In this document: piece by piece, positions 9,218 to 16,369 of the stretch
Numbering within the stretch: the stretch's first letter is position 1
Layout: each line of letters starts with the position of its first letter
NCBI GenBank assembly: GCA_028696995.1
Contig: JAQVFY010000004.1
Span: 1-60,426 of the forward strand
Reading direction: 5' to 3'
DNA from: Patescibacteria group bacterium
Lineage (GTDB): Bacteria > Patescibacteriota > Patescibacteriia > Patescibacteriales > UBA12465
Length of the DNA: 60,426 bases
Program-made: the position numbers and the translations under genes
Notes under the pieces: model-generated
Told to the model about the DNA's origin: nothing
Databases searched by the model: none
Seen by the model: only the letters and a program-made list of their open reading frames with translations

Positions 9218-10447
9218 TTAATTAATTCTTTTCACCTTTTTATTATTATAATAAACTCCTTGACGAGAAATATTCAAAAGAACCCCACAAGAAGCTAAGA
9301 GAATCAACAGAGAGCTCCCCCCAGCACTAACAAAAGGTAAGGGTACTCCAGTCATTGGAACAAGATTTATCATCCCCGCAATATTCAAAAAAGCCTGAAA
9401 AAATATCCAAACCGATATTCCCACTGCCAAAGAACGACCATACATATCTGGTGCTCTTCTAGCTATCGTCATTCCTTTGATAAATATAAACAAATAAATC
9501 AAAATAAGTAAAATAGCCCCCACAAAACCAAGTTCTTCGGCAATTACCGGAAAAATAGAATCAGCCCAAACTTCTGGCAAATAATTAAATTTCTGTCGAC
9601 TATTACCTAGTCCGAGACCAAAAAGGCCCCCAGAACCAACAGCAATAAGAGATTGATTAACCTGATAACAAGCATCTCTGTCAAAATCTGGATCTTGTAA
9701 ACATCTAACCCTATTTAATTGATACTCTTTAACTATACCCGAAGACTCTTGTTTTTCAGCTTGAGCAAAGACGTAAATAACACCTGTTAACAAAATCAAA
9801 GATAATATTACAATTTGTTTCATATTACCTTCCGCTACAAAATATATTGATAGAGCAATTATAAAAACCAATATAAAGGTTCCTAAGTCTGGTTGCTTAA
9901 GAAGTAAAAAGGCAATAAGAAACATAACAAGCAAAAAAGGCAAAAAACCAGTTACAAACACTTTTAAATCATCCTTTCGACTCTCTACCCAAGCCGATAA
10001 ATAAAAAATCAAAAATAATTTCATAAATTCCGCTGGCTGAAGAGATTGCCCAAAAATTACAATCCAACTACGAGAAGTTCCGTGTTTAGCACTAAGACCA
10101 GGAATAAAAACTAAAATCAAAGAAATAAAAGCTAAAATTAAAAAAATAAAAGAATATTTTCTAAAAAAATGATAATCTATTTTTGATAATAAAAATAAAA
10201 AAATTAAACCTAAGAAAAGAGGAATTAATTGACCCTTAATATAATGATAAGCATTACCGGTATTAGAGTGAGCCGTAACCAAGGAAGCGCTAAATAGAAG
10301 CACTAAACCAAAAACGACAAGAAATAAAATAGCACCTAACAAATATTTATCTAAGGGATTTTTAATAATAGTCATTTTCTCGTCTTTATTCTTAAAATTA
10401 TTATTAAGACGATTACTATTATTTTTTGATTGCTCTCTTTTAAACAT
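9218..10447 (-). CDS. ftsW: SEDS-family peptidoglycan glycosyltransferase FtsW/RodA
   Basis: The 409-aa product is polytopic and carries the conserved C-terminal NLVPMTGVPLPFVSAGGSS. It lies between mraY and murG. M25 is an alternative start. Confidence 0.8.
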   Translation of the reverse strand: MFKREQSKNNSNRLNNNFKNKDEKMTIIKNPLDKYLLGAILFLVVFGLVLLFSASLVTAHSNTGNAYHYIKGQLIPLFLGLIFLFLLSKIDYHFFRKYSFIFLILAFISLILVFIPGLSAKHGTSRSWIVIFGQSLQPAEFMKLFLIFYLSAWVESRKDDLKVFVTGFLPFLLVMFLIAFLLLKQPDLGTFILVFIIALSIYFVAEGNMKQIVILSLILLTGVIYVFAQAEKQESSGIVKEYQLNRVRCLQDPDFDRDACYQVNQSLIAVGSGGLFGLGLGNSRQKFNYLPEVWADSIFPVIAEELGFVGAILLILIYLFIFIKGMTIARRAPDMYGRSLAVGISVWIFFQAFLNIAGMINLVPMTGVPLPFVSAGGSSLLILLASCGVLLNISRQGVYYNNKKVKRIN

Positions 10448-10457
10448 GTATAAAAAA

Positions 10458-11507
10458 TTATTTAAAAGTTTTATCAGCTAAGAAAATAATTAACCCAACG
10501 GTGGCCATAACCCCGGCTATCAACCAAAAACGCATCACAATTTTACTCTCCGACCAAGATCGAGCCTGAAAATGATGATGTATTGGGGCTGATAAAAATA
10601 CTTTTTTCTTTCTTAGCTTTCTTGATAAAATTTGTATAATAACCGACAAAGATTCAACCACAAAAATAAAACCAATAAAAGGTAAAATCAAGACATTATT
10701 AGTTAAAAGTGCGATAATACCCAAGGTAACACCCAAACTCATTGAACCAGTATCTCCCATATAAAAACGAGCGGGAGGAATATTAAACCATAAAAAAACT
10801 AATAAAGCCCCAATAATAACAGCGCAAAAAGAAGCTAAGTCATAACGACCAATAACAAAGGAAATAATAGCGTAAGAAGCGAAGGAAATAAGTAATGTCC
10901 CACCAGCCAAACCATCTAAACCATCAGTTTCATTAACCGAAAATGAAGTCGACACAATCACAAAAATAAATACTGGAATATACCACCAAGAAATTTGAAA
11001 ATATCCCAAAAATGGAATATGAATAGTAGTCCAATCTAATTTAAAATAAAACCATAAGGCTCCAATAATAGCAATAAGAGTATAAATAAGTAAACGATGA
11101 CGCATCTTTAAACCACCCCCACCAAAAACTCCTTTACCCCTAATATCCAACCAATCATCCACTAAACCAATCAGAGCTGAAGCAATAAGCGCTCCCAAGG
11201 GTAATAAAGTTTCTTTTTGCGATAGAAAATTTAAAGTAGAAGTAAAATCATTTGGAAAAAAATAATACAAAAAATAAAAGACTAATATAAAAACCAACAC
11301 TGTCCCCCAGATCAATACTCCACCCATAGTTGGCGTCCCAGCCTTATGGGCATGGAGCTCACTAAAAATAGGAGTATCGCCGGAATTTCTAATTTTTTTA
11401 CCCAATTTGTGTTTGTATAAAAAATTGGTTAAAATCGGGGTCCATAAAATAGTAAAAACAAAGGCTAAAGTGGCTAAAAATAAGATTTTAATAATTTGCA
11501 ATTCCAT
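10458..11507 (-). CDS. mraY: phospho-N-acetylmuramoyl-pentapeptide transferase
   Basis: The 349-aa product carries the motifs GLVDDW, NETDGLDGLA and SAPIHHHF. Confidence 0.9.
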   Translation of the reverse strand: MELQIIKILFLATLAFVFTILWTPILTNFLYKHKLGKKIRNSGDTPIFSELHAHKAGTPTMGGVLIWGTVLVFILVFYFLYYFFPNDFTSTLNFLSQKETLLPLGALIASALIGLVDDWLDIRGKGVFGGGGLKMRHRLLIYTLIAIIGALWFYFKLDWTTIHIPFLGYFQISWWYIPVFIFVIVSTSFSVNETDGLDGLAGGTLLISFASYAIISFVIGRYDLASFCAVIIGALLVFLWFNIPPARFYMGDTGSMSLGVTLGIIALLTNNVLILPFIGFIFVVESLSVIIQILSRKLRKKKVFLSAPIHHHFQARSWSESKIVMRFWLIAGVMATVGLIIFLADKTFK

Positions 11508-11518
11508 ACTAAAAATAT

Positions 11519-11932
11519 TTAAAAATTAATTGAATAAACAGAATATTGGGCTAAAACTAGAAAAATATGTAATAATAATAAAAAGGATAATATAAAATAA
11601 GCTAAAAATTTAAAATTATTTCTCTTTAATAAAAATAATAGAATTATTTTATCAATTAAAATAAAAATCAAACCAAATAAAGGAATAATAAAAAATAATT
11701 TTTTATCACCAATAAAATCAATTCCAAAATCAACATTATAATGTAAAATAGCAATATCCTGACTTATATTACTATACATATAATAAGTCGCTAACCATAA
11801 AAATAAATTTATCAAAATAATTGAGATAAAATAAATCTTAATAAAAGAAAACCTAAATAAATTATTTAAGAGTATTTTGTACTTTCTTAAAAAAACAGAC
11901 AAACGATCATAAATTTTAATAAAAAAATCCAT
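11519..11932 (-). CDS. small polytopic membrane protein, function unknown (first gene of the mur block)
   Basis: The 137-aa product has about 4 hydrophobic helices. I recognise no motif. Confidence 0.45.
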   Translation of the reverse strand: MDFFIKIYDRLSVFLRKYKILLNNLFRFSFIKIYFISIILINLFLWLATYYMYSNISQDIAILHYNVDFGIDFIGDKKLFFIIPLFGLIFILIDKIILLFLLKRNNFKFLAYFILSFLLLLHIFLVLAQYSVYSINF

Positions 11933-12026
11933 AAAATTTAGTAAATTCTCTTTATAATATCAAAGATATTTAATTCCCTTTCATTTTAGCATATTTCAAT
12001 ATAATATAAAATATGCTACTATTCTA

Positions 12027-12746
12027 ATGAAAATTAATCAAGTCGATATGAAAACATTTTGTGTTATTCCCGCCTATAATGAAGAAAAAAACATTTTTAC
12101 TACTATTTCCCAAGTTCTGCCTCGGGTTGATTTTTTGGTAATTGTCGACGATTGCTCCAGAGACCAAACCTACGAACAATCCTGCCGGATATTAAATTCG
12201 GAAAATATTAGCTCGGAATTGAAGAATAAATTAAAAATATTGCGTCATCCTATAAACCTAGGACAAGGAGCATCACTACAGACCGGAAACGAATACGCTC
12301 TTAAAAATGAAGCAGATATAATTATTCACTTTGATGCTGACGGCCAATTTTTAGCTGAAGAAATAGAAAAAGTAATAAACCCAATAAAACAAGGTAAGGC
12401 TGATATTGTTTTTGGCTCACGTTTTTTAGATATTAAATCAGAAATTCCATCTTTTAAAAAAAATATTATTATGCCCTTGGCTAAATTATTTAATTTAATA
12501 TTTTTTGGTATTAAAACCAGTGATCCCCAAAGTGGTTTCAGGGCCATGACTAAAGAGGTAACTCAAAAAATTAAAATTGAAAATAATCGTATGGCTCATT
12601 GTACTGAAATTCTAGCCAAAGCTCATAAATATAAATTTCGTATTGCAGAGGTCCCTATTACTGTCGTCTACAAAAAATTCGGACAAAAATTTTCTGGTGG
12701 ATTTAAAATAATCAAAGATTTGTTTTTTAGAAAAATTAGTGGATAG
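12027..12746 (+). CDS. family 2 glycosyltransferase (polyprenol-phosphate sugar transferase-like)
   Basis: The 239-aa product starts CVIPAYNEEKNI, followed by VDDCSRD and DADGQ (DXD region), a typical GT2 fold signature. Confidence 0.8.
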   Translation: MKINQVDMKTFCVIPAYNEEKNIFTTISQVLPRVDFLVIVDDCSRDQTYEQSCRILNSENISSELKNKLKILRHPINLGQGASLQTGNEYALKNEADIIIHFDADGQFLAEEIEKVINPIKQGKADIVFGSRFLDIKSEIPSFKKNIIMPLAKLFNLIFFGIKTSDPQSGFRAMTKEVTQKIKIENNRMAHCTEILAKAHKYKFRIAEVPITVVYKKFGQKFSGGFKIIKDLFFRKISG

Positions 12747-12824
12747 TTTTAAAATGTTAATTATAAATTATAAAATGTTTTATCGCGTGACGACAAAGTC
12801 GCTTTACGCAATAATTATAAAAAT

Positions 12825-13142
12825 ATGATACAACAAGTAATTGCAATTTTAATTTTAATTTTCTTTGTTTTTAAATTGGGGAGAGAGTGGAAAAAAAAAT
12901 CCATTACTATCAATGAATTTATTTTCTGGTTAATTTTTTGGATAATTGGAATTGTGGTAATAGCTTTTATTAAGCCAATCGATAAATTAGTAATGAGTTT
13001 GGGTTTTTCTTCTTCGGGTATAAATTTAGTCTTCTATGTAGCGGTTTTAATTCTGTTTTATTTGATCTTTAGGATGAGGTTAAGAATGGTAAAGATGGAT
13101 AAAGATATTACGGAGCTGAGTAGGAAAATTAGCTTAAAATAA
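12825..13142 (+). CDS. DUF2304-like small membrane protein (usual GT2 partner)
   Basis: The 105-aa product has 3 TM helices and a basic C-terminal tail. It lies immediately downstream of the GT2 gene. Confidence 0.6.
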   Translation: MIQQVIAILILIFFVFKLGREWKKKSITINEFIFWLIFWIIGIVVIAFIKPIDKLVMSLGFSSSGINLVFYVAVLILFYLIFRMRLRMVKMDKDITELSRKISLK

Positions 13143-13148
13143 AAAAAA

Positions 13149-13892
13149 TTACTTTCTACAATAATAGGTTCGGCTTTGAACACGAGGCCCACAATAGGTG
13201 TCTTCTTTTATTGCCAAAACCTCAAAACCACTGTCTCTCAAAAATTTCCTCATATCACTTTCAGGAATAAAACTCATTTTAATAGGGTAAAGCCCTATTT
13301 TTTGATATAAAAACTTTTCTGAAAAACCGAGAAATTTTAAAAAATTGTATAAACGTCTAACGGGCTGAAAGCGATAAGTCCAAGGGATTTTACTAGGAAC
13401 TTGAAAAACCAAAACTCCCTGAGCTTTTAAAATTCTTTTAAATTCCAAAATATATTTTTTTATAAATTCTTTATTTGGCAAATGCTGTAAAACAATGCCC
13501 GAATAAATAAAATCAAATTTATTATCAGGAAATATTTTTAGATCGGCATAGTTAACAAAAAATTCAGTATTATAAGCGCTATTTATTTCTCTGGCTTTTT
13601 TTATCATGTTTTCTGAAATGTCAGTACCATTATATTTTTGAAAATATTTTAAAAAATAACGAGCCAAGCGTCCAACACCGCAACCAAAGTCTAGCATCTC
13701 TTCCCTATTTAATTCGGGAACCAAGATTTTTAATTGATTTAAAACATTCCCCACCTCTAGCTCGCCGGTTTTTATAAAATCATCTAGGTCCCAATTATTA
13801 AAACGCTTAGAATTGTCAGATAAAACCGCCCATAAAGGATCAACCTCGCCGAGAGTCTCCCAATTTTTTTTATGTTGTTCAATTTTCCTCAT
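13149..13892 (-). CDS. class I SAM-dependent methyltransferase
   Basis: The product carries LDFGCGVGRL motif I. I prefer the start at M20 (MRKIEQHKK) because the longer ORF (to 13949) overlaps the upstream gene by 47 nt. Confidence 0.75.
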   Translation of the reverse strand: MRKIEQHKKNWETLGEVDPLWAVLSDNSKRFNNWDLDDFIKTGELEVGNVLNQLKILVPELNREEMLDFGCGVGRLARYFLKYFQKYNGTDISENMIKKAREINSAYNTEFFVNYADLKIFPDNKFDFIYSGIVLQHLPNKEFIKKYILEFKRILKAQGVLVFQVPSKIPWTYRFQPVRRLYNFLKFLGFSEKFLYQKIGLYPIKMSFIPESDMRKFLRDSGFEVLAIKEDTYCGPRVQSRTYYCRK

Positions 13893-13902
13893 ATTTACAA
13901 TT

Positions 13903-14466
13903 TTACAAATCATAATTAAAATTCTCCATCCTGGAGATAGCTTCATCAATATTTAAAATTGGTAAAGAATCTAACTTTAATTGTTTTTTATATGTAATAT
14001 CTTTATCAATAGACTCATTACCAACAAATCCAGCACCATCCTTATCATATACAAAAATTGCTTTTTCTTTTAAATAAGAAGAGGGATCTTGTTCCATTTC
14101 TTTTAAGTCCGGACTATTAGCAAAATAACTATCACTTTGACTTAAACAATAAATAGGAATTGGTATTTCCCTAATAATTCCGTTTGTTTCCGGATAAGTT
14201 AATTCTTCTTTAGGTGCTAAAAATGTTTTACTACTCATTTCTCCCCAACCCAATTTAACTAACATCTCTTTCCCATTATCATTTTTTACTAAAGTATAAT
14301 AACTAGCAGCATCAAAAGAAAAATGCTCATCACCAAAACGCCCCGCCACACAAGGAGCCATAACTCTTTCTAATTTTTCTCTGATAATCCTTTCTAATTT
14401 TTTTATTTTTTCTAATCCTTCTGATTCAAAGGGTCTTTTTTGTGAATAATATTTAGCCTCTTCCAT
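13903..14466 (-). CDS. hypothetical protein (187 aa)
   Basis: The ORF is long and has local codon composition. I recognise no motif. A promoter-like element lies directly upstream. Confidence 0.5.
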   Translation of the reverse strand: MEEAKYYSQKRPFESEGLEKIKKLERIIREKLERVMAPCVAGRFGDEHFSFDAASYYTLVKNDNGKEMLVKLGWGEMSSKTFLAPKEELTYPETNGIIREIPIPIYCLSQSDSYFANSPDLKEMEQDPSSYLKEKAIFVYDKDGAGFVGNESIDKDITYKKQLKLDSLPILNIDEAISRMENFNYDL

Positions 14467-14475
14467 AATGTTAAT

Positions 14476-14503
14476 ATTATAATTAAATTTTTAAAACTCT
14501 CAA
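14476..14503 (-). promoter_or_regulatory. sigma70-type promoter, TTGAGA-16-TATAAT, with the -10 ending 9 nt from the ATG
   Basis: On the minus strand, TTGAGA is at 14503-14498 and TATAAT is at 14481-14476. The ATG is at 14466. Confidence 0.45.
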
Positions 14504-14556
14504 TATAATAATAACCAAATTAATTATTTTTTTCAATATATTAATCTAAAATCTCT

Positions 14557-14588
14557 AAATAAAAAACCGGCTCTTAGTTGAACCGGTT
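14557..14588 (-). terminator. rho-independent terminator closing the GC-rich two-gene cassette
   Basis: The minus strand reads AACCGG-N12-CCGGTT followed by TTTTTATTTA. A second small hairpin, GTCGC-N7-GCGAC, lies at 14591-14607 immediately after the stop codon. Confidence 0.7.
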
Positions 14589-14607
14589 GAGTCGCCTTAT
14601 CAGCGAC

Positions 14608-15465
14608 TTATAAGTGAACGAACAGGTAGGCGTTGATAGCCTTGCTCTCATGCTTGTAGCCAAGAGCAATAAGTCCACTACCGAATTTTTGGAATTTGAA
14701 TCCTTTAATGAAGCCGAACTCCATCCTTGGAAATTCGGCAGACACGGATTCATATCCGGCGTCGAGGTAGATACTCATGTCATTTCCAATGTCAACATTG
14801 GAAAAATTGGCGATTACGTTAGATTCACCAATTCTCTCGAAAGAGATGACATTATATAATCTCCCAACGGAGAAAACGGTGGCCGCGCCAATCCTTTCAT
14901 TAAAGACAGAGTAGTATGAAACGAATTCCGCTTTTTTAAAATATAATTTGGCGTGATACTCGGCCTTATCTCCCCTTTCGGCAACACCAAGGCCCAAACA
15001 GATGCCATTTTTGAGGCGGTAGGTAGCCTTAGCACCCAGGGCTCCTCCGGGAATCCTGGAATGAGTCCAGGTCTCAAAATGACCGTCACCAGTCGGAGGT
15101 AATGGTCTCAATTCCGTGGATAAAGTAGCCATACGACCGATTTCCAAACCCATTCTTTCTTTATAGGAATGGAACTTGATCGAAACTGAATTCATCGGTA
15201 ATCCGTTGCCATCCGAATAATCGAACGTCGCAAAGGATTTCACCCTCATGAACGGCAATGCTTGCCAGGCGAGAATGCTTCCGACGCGGAAGCTATAGAA
15301 AAACTCCTGAGCGGATTCATCCACCGAAAATGCGGTGGTGTTCAATACGCCGGCATAAACGCTGGCAGTGATGCTACTGTCCTTAGAGGTCAAGCCTGAA
15401 ATCTGAGCCTGAGAAATCTGAACAAACAACAAAGAAACAAAAACAATAATAAAAAACTTTTTCAT
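14608..15465 (-). CDS. secreted beta-strand-rich protein, outer-membrane-barrel-like, in a GC-rich island
   Basis: The 285-aa product has the signal peptide MKKFFIIVFVSLLFVQISQAQ. It shows many alternating hydrophobic/polar stretches and G/Y/F-rich segments. G+C is far above the flanks. Confidence 0.6.
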   Translation of the reverse strand: MKKFFIIVFVSLLFVQISQAQISGLTSKDSSITASVYAGVLNTTAFSVDESAQEFFYSFRVGSILAWQALPFMRVKSFATFDYSDGNGLPMNSVSIKFHSYKERMGLEIGRMATLSTELRPLPPTGDGHFETWTHSRIPGGALGAKATYRLKNGICLGLGVAERGDKAEYHAKLYFKKAEFVSYYSVFNERIGAATVFSVGRLYNVISFERIGESNVIANFSNVDIGNDMSIYLDAGYESVSAEFPRMEFGFIKGFKFQKFGSGLIALGYKHESKAINAYLFVHL

Positions 15466-15486
15466 GATCTAATTTTTTTGTTTTAA

Positions 15487-16113
15487 TTAATTTATTTTCC
15501 AATTAACTCCCAACCTCAGAAGCTGGGTTTTGTTTGTGATGTCATAAGCGATATCGGTGTAAGCCGAAAAATCGCTGCTGACTTTTTGGGTGTACCTCAG
15601 GCACGAAACGTGCTTAGGCGCATCCTTTTGAAAACTGATCACCGTATGCGACACTCGGAATCTCCAGATATCATAATTTACAACATTTACCAAAAAAAGA
15701 AATGAAGGCTCGACGTCCCAACTACCTTCAGGTTGACCGAATGAACAGCCAGCCCAATGAAGAGTTGAAAAACCCTTAAAAGGACTTGTTGTCATAATTG
15801 CCCCAGCGTAAGGGACATTTTTGAAATAACCGGCGCTAGGTCCGAGATGAATCTTCTTCTTTCCTCCGATGGAGAAAAAATGATTAATCAGGATCTTGTC
15901 CTGGGCGAAGGTTATCTGCGACGCCCCATACTTCTGCGAACTGGAATTAAAAATAATATAAATTCCGGATCCCAGAGCACTGCGCCCCGAAGAGAAATCA
16001 ATATTTTTCAATTGAAACCCGGAGGCTGTCTGAGCCACCGAAGAATCAACCTGAGCTTGAGCAAAAAAAATTGCTCCAAAAATAAAAAAACAAATAGCAA
16101 TAGCTTTTTTCAT
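15487..16113 (-). CDS. secreted small beta-barrel-like protein (about the size of an 8-10-stranded OMP) in a GC-rich island
   Basis: The 208-aa product has the signal peptide MKKAIAICFFIFGAIFFAQAQ and the C-terminal strand LLRLGVNWKIN. The lines at 15541-15660 count 28/60 and 30/60 G+C. Confidence 0.6.
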   Translation of the reverse strand: MKKAIAICFFIFGAIFFAQAQVDSSVAQTASGFQLKNIDFSSGRSALGSGIYIIFNSSSQKYGASQITFAQDKILINHFFSIGGKKKIHLGPSAGYFKNVPYAGAIMTTSPFKGFSTLHWAGCSFGQPEGSWDVEPSFLFLVNVVNYDIWRFRVSHTVISFQKDAPKHVSCLRYTQKVSSDFSAYTDIAYDITNKTQLLRLGVNWKIN

Positions 16114-16139
16114 GATGGTGATGGTTTATTAGGTTAGTT

Positions 16140-16208
16140 ATTAAATTGTCTATAAACCCCACCTAAAAACATCTAATGATGTCAGATGAATTTAATAGAC
16201 AATTTAAT
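16140..16208 (-). promoter_or_regulatory. long 5'-leader hairpin with a 14-bp perfect inverted repeat
   Basis: ATTAAATTGTCTAT (16140-16153) pairs with ATAGACAATTTAAT (16195-16208). An inner hairpin CATCT-N9-AGATG lies at 16170-16188. The element sits between the promoter and the ATG at 16113. Confidence 0.5.
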
Positions 16209-16246
16209 TTTTTAAACCTTTTTGTCAAAGAACCAAATAACCACAT

Positions 16247-16275
16247 ATTATATCACATTTAAAATAAAATGTCAA
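16247..16275 (-). promoter_or_regulatory. consensus sigma70 promoter TTGACA-17-TGaTATAAT (extended -10)
   Basis: On the minus strand, TTGACA is at 16275-16270, the spacer is exactly 17 nt, TG is at 16255-16254 and TATAAT is at 16252-16247. Confidence 0.75.
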
Positions 16276-16369
16276 TGATTTGCATAAAAAAACACTAAAA
16301 TATACTTGAAAATCAAAAAAACACCCAAAATTGATGTTTTATAAATAAAAATATTAATACTTAAAAAGA

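Noticed and set aside
12784-12809. A GC-rich interrupted hairpin GCGTGACGAC-AAA-GTCGCTTTACGC between the GT2 and DUF2304 genes, considered as another mobile-element copy or a terminator.
   Set aside because: The stem is short and interrupted, there is no T-run, and it has no sequence similarity to the GATTCCCGC element. The evidence is insufficient.
14614-16137. Shadow ORFs within GC-rich island 1, antisense or in an alternate frame of the same strand (14614-14859, 14814-15089, 15847-16137), and within island 2 and the zinc-ribbon patch (42377-42598, 43010-43210, 43226-43408, 21512-21808, 21769-21954).
   Set aside because: Higher G+C lowers the stop-codon frequency in all frames, so shadow ORFs are expected. 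The chosen frames have signal peptides, promoters and terminators in the correct orientation, and the rejected ones do not.
16176-16262. A 28-aa plus-strand mini-ORF (MMSDEFNRQFNFLNLFVKEPNNHILYHI) in the island 1 upstream region.
   Set aside because: It overlaps the minus-strand promoter and leader. It has no promoter or conserved counterpart in the analogous island 2 region, so it is likely chance.
14557-16275. The GC-rich islands as simple contig-end assembly chimeras or contamination.
   Set aside because: Each island is embedded with native AT-rich sequence and native genes on both sides within one contiguous sequence. It also uses AT-rich sigma70-type promoters like the rest of the window. 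This still deserves a read-mapping check and is listed under the findings.
14556-16351. A 10-bp direct repeat TAAATAAAAA flanking island 1 (14556-14565 and 16342-16351), considered as a possible target-site duplication.
   Set aside because: It is a low-complexity A-rich word that must be very common in this genome. It is not comparable in information content to the TAAATACTAA pair flanking island 2.
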